DNA of 38,439 nucleotides, taken from Macrostomum lignano. Lineage: Eukaryota. Positions 1 to 13,095 of this stretch are shown piece by piece. Location of the stretch: contig NIVC01002994.1 in the NCBI GenBank assembly GCA_002269645.1, forward strand, positions 1 through 38,439, read 5' to 3'. Both the position numbers and the translations under genes were made by a program. Below the pieces are notes generated by a model that searched no databases, was not told where the DNA came from, and saw only the letters and a program-made list of their open reading frames with translations. Position 1 is the stretch's first letter. Each line of letters opens with the position of its first letter.

Positions 1-164
1 ATGCTAAGCAACCTCAATCTAAGCTTTGAGACAAATAAATGTCCACTATTGCAGTCGACAATTTCACACAGCTGGGATTAAGAATTCTAACATTTTTACT
101 CCTGCTTGCTGCTTCTGTTCTCGACTTTTTTGTAGCGTCTGGTGAGCGGGCGGATGAGCAGACA

Positions 165-306
165 GGGGAGCGGGTAGGGAGGGAACGGGTAGGGGAGCGG
201 GTAGGGGGGAACGGGTAGGGAGCGGGTAGGGGAGGGAACGGGTAGGGGAGCGGGTAGGGAGGGAACGGGTAGGGAGGGAACGGGTAGGGGAGCGGGTAGG
301 GGAGCA
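165..306. repeat. G-rich minisatellite (GGGGAGCGGGTAGGGAGGGAACGGGT-like units), intronic
   Basis: Direct reading of reiterated GGGTAGGG/GGGAACGGGT units. Confidence 0.85.
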
Positions 307-308
307 GA

Positions 309-339
309 AAGACAGACAGACAGACAGAGACAGACAGAC

Positions 340-430
<91 letters not shown>

Positions 431-467
431 GAGACAAACAGACAAACAGACCGACAGACAGACAGAA

Positions 468-556
<89 letters not shown>

Positions 557-559
557 AAC
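309..559. repeat. (GACA)n microsatellite
   Basis: Near-perfect GACA run; source of the SVCL-repeat ORFs. Confidence 0.97.
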
Positions 560-582
560 AAGGTAGCACGAATCTGTCTCAC

Positions 583-2573
583 CTCTAAGGCCTGCCGCTC
601 CGAGCGGTACTCAGTAACCAGGGCAACAATCTTCTCGGCCATAAAGAAGAAATAAACTCCGCCCAAAGCCACCAGGCCCTTTAGCACCGTCTGCCGCTCG
701 TTGTGGCATCGCTCAGCATGAGCATTCTCCATGGCTGACTTGACTATGGCCTGCAGGGGTGGAAGGGCTTCATTCGAGAGGTTCAAAATGGCATCTCTCT
801 GTGTAAAAAATAGCATCTCTGTGCAAAGATGGCATCTCTTTGTGCAGAATGGCATCCCTCTGTGTAAAAATGGCATCTCTCTGTGCAAAAATGGCATCCC
901 TCTGTGTAAAAATGGCATCTCTCTGTGCAAAAATGGCATCCCTCTGTGTAAAAATGGCATCTCTCTGTGCAAAAATGGCATCTCTCTGTGCAAAAATGGC
1001 ATCTCTCAGTGCAAAAATGGCATCTCTCTGTGCAAAAATGGCATCTCTGCTTACGTGAGGCAGCAGGTGCAGCATGGCATCGCCTGTGAGGGAGCCGACA
1101 GCCAGAGCCACCAGGTACTGGATGAAGTGGTTGTAATAGGTGGACTGAACCAGAGGCACTATAGCCACGGCTGCGAGGCCCACCATGCTGATGATCAGAA
1201 TGGCCACGAATGACACCAGCCACACTGCGGCGGGGTAGAGGGGGGGGGGGAAATGCGGTGGCTCTGTTTTATCTATGCTTATTTGACATGGATCTATGGA
1301 GCACAACCACATACACACATATAGATCCGGGTAGCAACCAAATAGTCAAATACACACCTATAGATCCAGATAAAAACCAAATACATACGCACATAACACC
1401 TAAATCTAGGTAGCAACCGCCAACCACATACATGCTTGGGCGCAACCTTGGTGATTCACCCGGCCGTTCCTATTGGCAACACACACGATGTAAGTCGCTA
1501 TTGGACAGAATAGTAGTCACGTGACTGCTCTCAGCAATAGCGACTTACATGTGTGTTGCTAATAGAAACGGCCGGGTGATTCCCAAGGCTGCGCATGTAT
1601 GACCACATACCGATAGATCCAGGTAGCAATCACATACACACCTATAGATCTGGGTAGCAACCAAACACACACCTATAGATCCGGGTGACAAACATATACA
1701 AACACCTACAGATCTGGGTAGCAATCACATATACACCTGTAGATCCGGGTAGCAACCAAAAACGCACCTATAGATCCGGATAGCAATCAAAAACGCACCT
1801 AAAGATCCGGATAGTAACCAAAAACGCACCTAAAGATCCGGATAGCAACCAAATACACACCTACATCCGATAGCACATGCTGGGCGCAACCTAGGGATTC
1901 ACCAGCCGTTTCTATTGGCAACACACACATGTAAGTCGCTATTCGACGGAATAGTAGTCACGGGACTGCTCTCAGCAATAGCGACTTACATGTGTGTTGC
2001 CAATAGAAACGGCCGGGTGATTCCCAAGGCTGCGCATGTATGACCACATACCGATAGATCCAGGTAGCAATCACATCCACACCTATAGATCCGGGTAGCA
2101 ACCACACAACCTATAGATCCGGGTAGCAAACATATACAAACACCTATAGATCCGGGTAGCAAACATATACAAACACCTATAGATCCGGGTAGTAAGCACA
2201 TACACATCTACAGATCTGGGTAGCTATCACATATACACCTATAGATCCGGGTAGCAACCAACACGCACAGATCCGGATGACCGGATAGCAACCAAATACA
2301 CACCTAAATCCGCGTAGGAACCAAATACACACGTATAGATCCGGGTAGCGACCACATACCTATAGATCCGGTAGCGACTACAACACCCCCACAGATCCAT
2401 TTGTTTACAAATCCTACAGAATGCAAAAAGAAACTTCAGCTGCAATTTTTTTTCGTCTTACCTTTCGGACGAGCAAAGCTGGCCTGCTGCTCCTCTTCAT
2501 CTGCCGGCTGGGTGCCGTTGCCAGGCGGCGCGGTCGCCGCAACCGTGGCTGTCTGCTGAGCGTAGCAAGCCTC
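583..2573 (-). CDS. SLC39A: ZIP zinc transporter, LIV-1 subfamily (ZIP6/ZIP10-like), partial: exons 2573-2462, 1224-1055, 750-583
   Basis: Three exons with AG/GT ends and compatible phases (1, then 0) join to EAC...[29 protein letters not shown]...[24 protein letters not shown]|AIV...[18 protein letters not shown]. This matches TM1-TM3 of LIV-1 ZIPs (ALAVGxLxGDAxLHLxPH). The 5' exons and the exons downstream of 583 are unresolved, and the paralog is not assignable. Confidence 0.9.
785..1050. repeat. 21-bp minisatellite (AAAAATGGCATCTCTCTGTGC), intronic
   Basis: About 12 tandem units filling the ZIP intron 751-1054. Confidence 0.95.
1440..1594. mobile_element. Foldback/MITE-like palindromic element, copy 1
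   Basis: The left arm GCGCAACCTTGGTGATTCACCCGGCCGTTCCTATTGGCAACACACACGATGTAAGTCGCTATTG is the near reverse complement of the right arm CAATAGCGACTTACATGTGTGTTGCTAATAGAAACGGCCGGGTGATTCCCAAGGCTGCGC. Confidence 0.7.
1884..2035. mobile_element. Foldback/MITE-like palindromic element, copy 2
   Basis: Same arms and spacer as 1440-1594 with a few substitutions. Confidence 0.7.
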
Positions 2574-3097
2574 CTAGATTGACGGGGGGAGGGCGGCGGC
2601 AAAGTTCTGCAGTCGAACTTTTGAAGGCCGATTGAATTCCTTACTGCCCGGATTTACCCATGTCAATCAATAATCACATGAGGGCATGAACCCCCCCCCG
2701 GCCGTTGCGCGTGAGTCAGACCCGCTTACCGCTTGGTGTTTACCCATTGCGTGAGCATAAATTATCCTGGTGAAAAGAGCACTGCATCTGTCAGTCACAC
2801 AGGAAGCGACTCCGTTCGGATGTAGCAAAGACAGCAAAATTTGTGAAAATTCATTTCCTACACTTGTACTTAGCAGGTACGCTAGGAAAAGTGCATGCCG
2901 CTCTTTTCGTGGGAAATAAATTACCCCCCCCCTACACCTATTCTATAATAACAGCGGCCGGTTCGACTGATGGGCACATTGAGTTACTCCGAGGCTGGGG
3001 AGGCCGCTCCCTGCAGTGCCATCTCCTTAATTGGCGCGCCTCCCACCTGCGTGACTGCCGTGTCAGTGCGTCAGTTGACTCTCATTCACTCACTTTT

Positions 3098-3119
3098 GCC
3101 TGCCTGCCTGCCTGCCTGT

Positions 3120-3156
<37 letters not shown>

Positions 3157-3348
3157 TGTCTGCCTGCCTGTCTATGTGTCTGTCTGTCTGACTACCTGGC
3201 TGCCTGCCTGTCTGTCTATGTGTCTGTCTGTCTTAGTGTCTGTCTGTCTATGTGTCTGTCTGTCTTAGTGTCTGTCTGTCTATCTGCCTGTCTGTCTGTC
3301 TGTCTGTCTGTCTGTCTTAGTGTCTTAGTGTCTATCTGTCTATCTGCC

Positions 3349-3431
<83 letters not shown>

Positions 3432-3470
3432 GTGTCTGTCTCTCTGCCTGTTTTTTATGTCTGTCTGTCT
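3098..3470. repeat. (CCTG)n/(TCTG)n compound microsatellite
   Basis: Direct reading. Confidence 0.95.
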
Positions 3471-4249
3471 GTAGAATCCTGTGTCTCACTTCCCGATCCC
3501 GAGTCACGATTCCTGATCCGAGTCCCGATTCCTGATCCCGAGTTCCGATTCCTGATCCCGAGTCCCTATTTCTAACCAGAATTTTGCATTTCAAATTCCT
3601 AACTCTAACTTCTCCAATTTTTCTCCCCCCCAACCGAGATCTCAACTTCGAATTCCAAAATCCGCGGTTTCGAATTGCCGACAACATCCGGTCCGGATCG
3701 TCTAGCGTCCCAGTATGAAATCTTTATCATTACTGGTCCAATGAATGTCCAAGGGGAATTAAAGGCAAACAAACAGGGGTAGAAGAGACACCGGATATGA
3801 GCATATCTTATAAGAGCAGTTCAAAGCCGCCGTGCCGCGCCGTCTCATTTGCAGTTTTATCAGCTTGGCACTACAGATCCCATAATAAAACTCGAGAGTA
3901 TGGAGCTGAGCACGGGTTGAGCAGAAACTCAATATACCGGGGTATACAGCGGACGAATTTAACTATACTAGCACGAGCTTTAGCTAAGGCCTTCCTTGAT
4001 TAATTTATTTCACTAAACGAACGGCTGAGCCAAGGAGTCTGTAGGTCAGGTCCTTTGACAGGCTCGCTGTCAGCCTTCTGGCCTTCGCCGACTATGGCAC
4101 GATCGCACAGATTGGGAAGAGAGAGAGTAGTGGCGGAAAGAAGGAAACTTGAGTAACTAAAAATCCTATTACGGATGTGACGTCAGTCTGAGATCTGAGT
4201 GAAACTGGCTAGACTGAGAAGCATAATCTATGAGCTGCAGCTGACGGTT

Positions 4250-4502
4250 CCGTGAGCTATGAGCATCAACTGAAAGTTCTGTGTGCTATGATCAGCAACT
4301 GAAAGTTCTGTGTGCTATGATCAGCAACTGAAAGTTCTGTGTGCTATGATCAGCAACTGAAAGTTCTGTGTGCTATGATCAGCAACTGAAAGTTCTGTGT
4401 GCTATGATCAGCAACTGAAAGTTCTGTGTGCTATGATCAGCAACTGAAAGTTCTGTGTGCTATGATCAGCAACTGAAAGTTCTGTGTGCTATGATCAGCA
4501 AC
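4250..4502. repeat. 29-bp tandem repeat (TGTGCTATGATCAGCAACTGAAAGTTCTG)
   Basis: Period 29 (TGAAAGTTCT at 4271 and 4300); about 8-9 copies. Confidence 0.95.
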
Positions 4503-4518
4503 TAATCATTAAATCAGG

Positions 4519-6955
4519 GTGCTATGATCAGCAACTGACCATTCCATCAGTGTGCTATGATCAGCAACTGACCATTCCATCAGTGTGCTATGATCAGCAA
4601 CTGACCATTCCATCAGTGTGCTATGATCAGCAACTGACCATTCCATCAGTGTGCTATGATCAGCAACTGACCATTCCATCAGTGTGCTATGATCAGCAAC
4701 TGACCATTCCATCAGTGTGCTATGATCAGCGAATGACCATTCCATCAGTGTGCTATGATCAGCGAATGACAATTCCATCAGTGTGCTATGATCAGCGAAT
4801 GACAGTTCCATCAGTGTGCTATGATCAGCGAATGACAATTCCATCAGTGTGCTATGATCAGCGAATGACAATTCCATCAGTGTGCTATGATCAGCGAATG
4901 ACAATTCCATCAGTGTGCTATGATCAGCGAATGACCATTCCATCAGTGTGCTATGATCAGCGAATGACCATTCAATCAGTGTGCTATGATCAGCGAATGA
5001 CCATTCCATCAGTGTGCTATGATCAGCGAATGACAATTCCATCAGTGTGCTATGATCAGCGAATGACAATTCCATCAGTGTGCTATGATCAGCGAATGAC
5101 AATTCCATCAGTGTGCTATGATCAGCGAATGACAATTCCATCAGTGTGCTATGATCAGCGAATGACCATTCCATCAGTGTGCTATGATCAGCGAATGACC
5201 ATTCCATCAGTGTGCTATGATCAGCGAATGACAATTCCATCAGTGTGCTATGATCAGCGAATGACAATTCCATCAGTGTGCTATGATCAGCGAATGACAA
5301 TTCCATCAGTGTGCTATGATCAGCGAATGACCATTCCATCAGTGTGCTATGATCAGCGAATGACCATTCCATCAGTGTGCTATGATCAGCGAATGACAAT
5401 TCCATCAGTGTGCTATGATCAGCGAATGACAATTCCATCAGTGTGCTATGATCAGCGAATGACAATTCCATCAGTGTGCTATGATCAGCGAATGACAATT
5501 CCATCAGTGTGCTATGATCAGCGAATGACAATTCCATCAGTGTGCTATGATCAGCGAATGACAATTCCATCAGTGTGCTATGATCAGCGAATGACAATTC
5601 CATCAGTGTGCTATGATCAGCGAATGACAATTCCATCAGTGTGCTATGATCAGCGAATGACAATTCCATCAGTGTGCTATGATCAGCGAATGACCATTCC
5701 ATCAGTGTGCTATGATCAGCGAATGACAATTCCATCAGTGTGCTATGATCAGCGAATGACCATTCCATCAGTGTGCTATGATCAGCGAATGACAATTCCA
5801 TCAGTGTGCTATGATCAGCGAATGACCATTCCATCAGTGTGCTATGATCAGCGAATGACCATTCCATCAGTGTGCTATGATCAGCGAATGACAATTCCAT
5901 CAGTGTGCTATGATCAGCGAATGACAATTCCATCAGTGTGCTATGATCAGCGAATGACAATTCCATCAGTGTGCTATGATCAGCGAATGACAATTCCATC
6001 AGTGTGCTATGATCAGCGAATGACAATTCCATCAGTGTGCTATGATCAGCGAATGACCATTCCATCAGTGTGCTATGATCAGCGAATGACAATTCCATCA
6101 GTGTGCTATGATCAGCGAATGACAATTCCATCAGTGTGCTATGATCAGCGAATGACAATTCCATCAGTGTGCTATGATCAGCGAATGACAATTCCATCAG
6201 TGTGCTATGATCAGCGAATGACAATTCCATCAGTGTGCTATGATCAGCGAATGACCATTCCATCAGTGTGCTATGATCAGCGAATGACAATTCCATCAGT
6301 GTGCTATGATCAGCGAATGACAATTCCATCAGTGTGCTATGATCAGCGAATGACAATTCCATCAGTGTGCTATGATCAGCGAATGACCATTCCATCAGTG
6401 TGCTATGATCAGCGAATGACAATTCCATCAGTGTGCTATGATCAGCGAATGACAATTCCATCAGTGTGCTATGATCAGCGAATGACAATTCCATCAGTGT
6501 GCTATGATCAGCGAATGACCATTCCATCAGTGTGCTATGATCAGCGAATGACAATTCCATCAGTGTGCTATGATCAGCGAATGACAATTCCATCAGTGTG
6601 CTATGATCAGCGAATGACAATTCCATCAGTGTGCTATGATCAGCGAATGACCATTCCATCAGTGTGCTATGATCAGCGAATGACAATTCCATCAGTGTGC
6701 TATGATCAGCGAATGACAATTCCATCAGTGTGCTATGATCAGCGAATGACAATTCCATCAGTGTGCTATGATCAGCGAATGACAATTCCATCAGTGTGCT
6801 ATGATCAGCGAATGACCATTCCATCAGTGTGCTATGATCAGCGAATGACAATTCCATCAGTGTGCTATGATCAGCGAATGACAATTCCATCAGTGTGCTA
6901 TGATCAGCGAATGACAATTCCATCAGTGTGCTATGATCAGCGAATGACAATTCCA
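4519..6955. repeat. 33-bp minisatellite array (TGTGCTATGATCAGCGAATGAC(A/C)ATTCCATCAG), ~74 copies
   Basis: Homogeneous 33-bp period with no spacers. It explains the 838-aa and 823-aa repeat ORFs. Confidence 0.97.
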
Positions 6956-8608
6956 CAAGTATCGCTCTTAGATCTTCCACTCATCTCCCTCGGAGACTGA
7001 TGTATTGAAGGCAGGAATGGAGCATAATTTCTGCAGCTAAACACTAGTTGATGATGCTCAACATGCATCCCTAGAAGACGCTCGCTTCGCCTCTCCACTA
7101 GTATATAAATGTAGGTCCTGGTACTCACTTCGAGTCCCCCGAGATCAAGCAAGCAGTCTCATATGCGATCTGAGTGGGATACAGTGACCGTGGACGAAAC
7201 AGAGCTGAGCTCTACAGAAAATTCCTGTTGCCGAGAGGAATCATCGAGTAAACAGTTTTTCACAGAATATATGCATTTGAGATTAGTTATACTGCATGCA
7301 TGTAGGAGCTAATCCGATTTCATATCCAAATTCTCAGTCCTATAGGAATAAATATCTACAATATCTATCCATAAATGACGCCTCTATCCGGAAAGAGTGT
7401 TAGTTACTAACCCGCAAATATATCCCCTCCTCCGTTTTCCAATCTCATGTTACTATTGATGGACTTTCTTTCTCATGGGCTGCGCCATCAATCATATATA
7501 CTGGTATTTCTATTTAATATAGATTGTGTCTTTGGAGTTGTTGCAGAGCACTAGGAACTCTAGAGGGTTACAAGAGAAGGGAGTAGCAGGGAATGAGAGA
7601 AAGGAGACGCTGCATGCCAAAGGCTTACATGTATAATCCAAAGACAGATCTCATTTACTTTTGATTCAAGTAGCTCATAGGTGCATAGTAAGATATTTGG
7701 ACTTTGAACTTGGAGACCATGCAGCATCTCTCTACATCTAACGATGCATTCACTGTACAGGCGTTGCATGGAATGCCTTCAGATAAGAATTCCCTTCTCC
7801 CTTTGCCGCCTATCTGATGTTCTTTGACTCCCCATTTCACTCCCCGCCTACCAACCCCCTCTCCGCAGCCCCTCGCGCGTCCCAGCATCCCTGCAGCTGC
7901 AGCTCGGGGGTCCCGTTGGAGATTCTGAAGGACGATTTTCCCTCTATCCCTCTATCCTTTACACTCCATCTCTTTCTTCCCTTGATATACCAAAACCCGG
8001 GGCCTGTCTATCTTCCCTAACCGTTCCGCATCAGCAGTCCTCCGCCGTCTCCCCATCACATAGCTAAGTATAAGCTAGGCTCTGCGTATGTACGAAATTT
8101 ACGAGCATTGTGCTTTTTTAATGCCAGGGACTCCTATGCATAAAAAGAAGTTCCTTTAAGGCTGGAAGCCAGCCAGGTAGGAAATGCCCGAGATGTATAC
8201 TATGCAAGGGCATTTTTTTCTTCAAATGTTTGCATAGAAAGTCACAATAAGTGACCATCGCCTGCACATAGCTTTGTCTTTAAAAATATAAATGTACTTT
8301 CTTCCAGAAGTACGTATAATATAATAATGCGTGCATGAATGAAAGGTAGATATGCCATGCATAGCTGTTTATGCATATCATAGATCGCTCTACCCAATTA
8401 ACAAAAGGCATTGTAGGCATGAAGGAAACGAATCGAAAGAGGAACGGCACTTATTGATGTCAGTGCTGCTATGGGTGGGATATTAGCTGGGAATGCTTGT
8501 TAGGTGTATTTTCTGAGCAATTATAGAAAAATCAATTTGCTGCTGCAATTACGGGCATCTGCTGTTTCGGTAAATTCATGCAGCACTGCAATTACCTTCA
8601 GAGTCGCA

Positions 8609-9640
8609 GAGTGTACTGATCCACTGCAATTCCCATTCAGAGTGTACTGATCCACTGCAATTCCCATTCAGAGTGTACTGATCCACTGCAATTCCCATTC
8701 AGAGTGTACTGATCCACTGCAATTCCCATTCAGAGTGTACTGATCCACTGCAATTCCCATTCAGAGTGTACTGATCCACTGCAATTCCCATTCAGAGTGT
8801 ACTGATCCACTGCAATTCCCATTCAGAGTGTACTGATCCACTGCAATTCCCATTCAGAGTGTACTGATCCACTGCAATTCCCATTCAGAGTGTACTGATC
8901 CACTGCAATTCCCATTCAGAGTGTACTGATGCACCACTGCAATTCCCATTCAGTGTGTACTGATGCACCACTGCAATTCCCATTCAGAGTGTACTGATGC
9001 ACCACTGCAATTCCCATTCAGAGTGTACTGATGCACCACTGCAATTCCCATTCAGAGTGTACTGATGCACCAATGCAATTCCCATTCAGTGTGTACTGAT
9101 GCACCACTGCAATTCCCATTCAGTGTGTACTGATGCACCAATGCAATTCCCATTCAGTGTGTACTGATGCACCACTGCAATTCCCATTCAGTGTGTACTG
9201 ATGCACCACTGCAATTCCCATTCAGTGTGTACTGATGCACCACTGCAATTCCCATTCAGTGTGTACTGATGCACCACTGCAATTCCCATTCAGTGTGTAC
9301 TGATGCACCACTGCAATTCCCATTCAGAATGTACTGATGCACCACTGCAATCCCCATTCAGAGTGTACTGATGCACCACTGCAATCCCCATTCAGAGTGT
9401 ACTGATGCACCACTGCAATTCCCATTCAGTGTGTACTGATGCACCACTGCAATCCCCATTCAGAGTGTACTGATGCACCACTGCAATTCCCATTCAGTGT
9501 GTACTGATGCACCACTGCAATCCCCATTCAGAGTGTACTGATGCACTGCAATTCCCATTCAGAGTGTACTGATGCACCACTGCAATCCCCATTCAGAGTG
9601 TACTGATGCACCACTGCAATTCCCATTCAGTGTGTGTGTA
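8609..9640. repeat. 31-bp then 34-bp tandem array (CAGAGTGTACTGAT[GCA]CCACTGCAATTCCCATT)
   Basis: Period 31 up to ~8929, then units carry a GCA insertion (period 34). Confidence 0.95.
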
Positions 9641-9710
9641 CTCCCTGTGTGCGATCCCAACCCCGACCTTCACGTCGGGAGTCCGGCGCTCTAATAACTA
9701 GGCTAATAAC
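9641..9710 (-). mobile_element. tRNA-derived (SINE-head-like) fragment
   Basis: The minus strand reads TAGCCTAGTTATTAGAGCGCCGGACTCCCGACGTGAAGGTCGGGGTTGGGATCGC: an A-box/D-arm-like start and a degenerate B-box-like segment. It is not a foldable tRNA. Confidence 0.4.
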
Positions 9711-10204
9711 TAACCCCCTATGCTATGGAATCTGCAGCACTGACAAGTCATAAGAAGCATCTGCAATCAGACAGTCTGTCAGAGTCAGAAACTCAATAAC
9801 TGCTATGCTCAATCACTAATGCATTCTTTCAAGCTGCATCGATACTAATGCCTGGGATTATTAATTATAAAAAAATGTCTTGACAACATTTTGGAATCTC
9901 AATTTTAATTCTTAATCAGCAGATGAGATCCCTATCCTTGATTTTTGACACTATAGCTCAATCTCAATCTAGACAGAATTATCATTCATCCCAAGATCTT
10001 TATCTTCCATTCCAACCCTAATCTCAATCACGAGATGATTTCCTCTTCCGTCTTACTCTTATCTATTATCTTTGATTGAATATCCTTAAATCCTTAATCC
10101 TGATCCCAACTCTGTTAAATAGATATAACCCTTCCCTCTAGGCTATTGTATTAATAATCCCGGTCCCAGCCAATATTAATATCGATGAATTTTCATTTCT
10201 TAAT

Positions 10205-10895
10205 TTCTATCCCAACCCAAACCCCGACACTCCCTATCCTGTAGTCCCGATCCCAACCCAAATCTCGATACTCCCTATCCTGTAGTCCCCGATCCCAACC
10301 CAAACCCGATACTCCCTATCCTTTAGTCCCGATCCCAACCCAAATCCCGATCCTCCCTATCCTGTAGTCCCGATCCCAACCCAAATCCCGATCCTCCCTA
10401 TCCTGTAGTCCCGATCCCAACCCAAATCCCGATCCTCCCTATCCTGTAGTCCCCGATCCCAACCCAAATCCCGATCCTCCCTATCCTGTAGTCCCGATCC
10501 CAACCCAAATCCCGATCCTCCCTATCCTGTAGTCCCGATCCCAACCCAAATCCCGATCCTCCCTATCCTGTAGTCCCGATCCCAACCCAAACCCCGATAC
10601 TCCCTATTCTATAGTCCCAATCCCAACCCAAACCCCGATACTCCCTATTCTATAGTCCCAATCCCAACCCAAATCCCGATCCTCCCTATCCTGTAGTCCC
10701 CGATCCCAACCCAAATCTCGATACTCCCTAGATCCTGTAGTCCCGATCCCAACCCAAACCCCGATCCTCCCTATCCTGTAGTCCCCGATCCCAACCCAAA
10801 TCCCGATACTCCCTATTCTATAGTCCCAATCCCAACACAAACCCCGATACTCCCTATTCTATAGTCCCAATCCCAACACAAACCCCGATACCCCT
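10205..10895. repeat. 41-42-bp minisatellite (CCCGATCCCAACCCAAATCCCGATCCTCCCTATCCTGTAGT)
   Basis: About 16 tandem units. Confidence 0.93.
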
Positions 10896-11852
10896 AATGG
10901 AATCCTACTAGATGAATAGACATATTGCGTCACTCACCGACAGCAGGAGACTCAACGCCAGCACTGAACAAGCAGTATGCGTAACGGAGCGCAATTGTCT
11001 AAGCCTTGTGGATTTCATTATTCCAATTAATTATAATAATAACCTATCCTGGATCTATTGGGTTGAGATTCTTTGTTTATTGGATTCTAAGTTAATAATA
11101 AACTGCTTTGAAAAAGAAACAGTAAGGTGCAGTCAGCTTAGGATGCTCCAAGAAGAACAAGAAGGGGAGGATTTGAACTTGCGTTTGGGGAGGCGGGAAG
11201 AAGGGCAACACAAAAACCTGTACAGTCTGAATCTGGAAGTCCTGTGTTTGGCTGGGGGGCCTGGCCTAGTAAAGACGGGCTTGGATTTTATTAACCCTCC
11301 CAACAAATACAATGAGGAGTAGTGGGGTAGTGGTCGCCCTGAATGTACATTTAAAGATCAGACCTGGAGGAGGAATGGGAGGGCCCAGTCGGGATAGGGG
11401 GGGGGAGGGGCGTCTTTACCCGCAAATGTACATTCAGCCCTGAAGGCTAAGTAAACTGGGGGCGGGGGCTTGCCCCCCCCCCGACTCCGGGAGTTGTACC
11501 CCAACTCCTTCCTAGCTCTCAAGCCGCACGCAAACCGGGAATGGCAGAAATGGCTTCCTCTCCCCCGTCCCCCCGACCCCTCCGGTGTCCTTGCCTATGA
11601 ACTTATGATGATAGATTTTTCAAAGCTTACTGAGACCTGGGCTGAGGCCTGACCCTGAGCTCGTGTGCGCGACGCGGACGGACGTGGAGTTAATGAAAAA
11701 CCCGCGGCTTTGGCCTTAATAAATACGCAAGAGGGTGGCTTGGTCAGGGTGAGGTGTGAGAGAGTGACAGACTGAATTTGAGTGTCTCGATTTGAACTTG
11801 AAGCGACCCAGTTCATTCCCAAAAATCCCAACCCAAATGATTTTGATTAATA

Positions 11853-12050
11853 CAGGATGGTCTAGAAAGGTCTCCCGGATAACAGAGTTTTCTCTGTACT
11901 GGGTTGACGGATTGGGCTGAAATTTGACCTGCTTAAACTTTGTTGTGATGCTTTTCTTCTACTTAAAAATTTTGGTACTCATACATGTACTTGCTTCAAA
12001 AATCATGAAAACTTAGTTCGTTATCTAGGAGACCTTTCTTGACCATCCTG
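11853..12050. mobile_element. Tc1/mariner-type MITE (198 bp)
   Basis: ~31-bp TIRs CAGGATGGTCTAGAAAGGTCTCCCGGATAAC / GTTATCTAGGAGACCTTTCTTGACCATCCTG, flanked on both sides by TA (11851-52, 12051-52), the canonical Tc1/mariner TSD. Confidence 0.85.
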
Positions 12051-12599
12051 TACTTCCGGGCCACGTGTAACCTTGACGTGTATATTTTTTCTTTCCATAT
12101 CTTATCTTCTAGGCTATAGAAGATAGGCTATCGTAAAGTCCGACCCTCCTTTACAACTGTACTTGTAGATGGACGAATGCAAAGTAAATCAAGTGCTAGC
12201 CAAGCACTTGAACTTGGGCAGCTGAGCGGTTGAGCATTGCAGTGACTTCCTTCTCTTTCAGTGTGCTTTATGCAGTTCTTTTTACTCCTTGCCATTATGG
12301 TGATTTTGAATCAATATTATAGAACGATCAAGATCACGCTGAATGCTAATAAAATGATATTTATTTATTTAAATCCTTTAAGAGTCAGATGATGAACGAG
12401 AAAATAAGAACTGTACAAATTCCGAGACAAGCTGTATTCACACACTGTTTAAGACAGGCGGAAATAAATCACTTGTTAAATTTATTTCACACATGCTATT
12501 ATACATTTTGATGAAGTTCAATGGGTAGTGCTTTTTAGCTCGTAGAACAAAAAGTCCCACGCACTCGAATCGCAGCAGTTTTTGCGCATGCATGCATAT

Positions 12600-13095
12600 T
12601 GAACTTGATCAAAGCCAACTACAAATTGCCACGGAGCATGAGAAGTGCTTGGCTTGGCAAGCAATTAAGTTCATCTGCGTGCCAACCGCGGACCATAAGG
12701 CCCCTGTTTGGACTCAAACCGCAGAGATATCAGAGCGGGCAGCCATCCTGGCCCTCTAAGGTCATGGCAGTTATGCTAGGTAATCGCTTACCTCCAGGGA
12801 AAGGGAAATCCGCTGTGAGGAATGCCCATTCTGCCTCTCCGGTGTTGAGAATGCGGAGGCACTTCATCTGTGAGTGCCCCGCCTTTACTCAGGTGAGGGC
12901 TCACCTACCTCGTCCCAAACCCGGATCTCCGACGTTTTCAGGCTCGAGAGCTCTGCCAGCTCGTCCACTACCTAAGGGCTACCGCGGGCGAGCGACCATC
13001 CACCTCCTGGACTCTCAGGGGGGTTAGCGCAATGGGCAGCGACGCCTTCCCGTTGCATCCGGATGCCCGGAGCCTCCTGCAGCTGAGTCCAGTAA
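12600..13095 (+). mobile_element. Decayed 3' end of a non-LTR retrotransposon (LINE ORF2 C-terminus)
   Basis: Reads L*GHGSYAR* and then CPFCLSGVENAE/HFICECPAF, a CCHC knuckle with a +1 frameshift at ~12859, typical of the C-terminus of LINE ORF2. It ends at a short AGTAAGTAA tail. Confidence 0.7.

Larger units (their letters stand above)
1300..2400. repeat. Degenerate ~30-bp minisatellite (ATAGATCCGGGTAGCAACCA core), intronic
   Basis: Many imperfect copies of CACCTATAGATCCGGGTAGCAAC, interrupted by two foldback elements. Confidence 0.85.

Noticed and set aside
61-148. Possible next ZIP exon ([13 protein letters not shown]...) after a CTCACCAG acceptor
   Set aside because: The phase fits, but there is no conserved motif or convincing donor, so it was left out of the model.
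14-1223. Overlapping ORFs 14-445, 64-1002, 96-569, 731-1213, 783-1223 and 840-1058
   Set aside because: Microsatellite and minisatellite translations; only the embedded ZIP exons are real.
4484-7000. 838-aa and 823-aa ORFs on opposite strands
   Set aside because: Pure translations of a 33-bp (multiple of 3) minisatellite; no unique domain or splice context.
7129-7211. Candidate minus-strand exon (TTTTCTGTAG acceptor, GTGAGT donor; SSALFRPRSLYPTQIAYETACLISGDS)
   Set aside because: Good splice signals, but no recognisable ZIP motif and its phase-2 end does not join the phase-0 exon at 2573.
4250-9640. CRISPR-like look of the 29-34-bp arrays (also 26447-28575)
   Set aside because: Units are head-to-tail with no unique spacers, there are no cas genes, and the context is eukaryotic.
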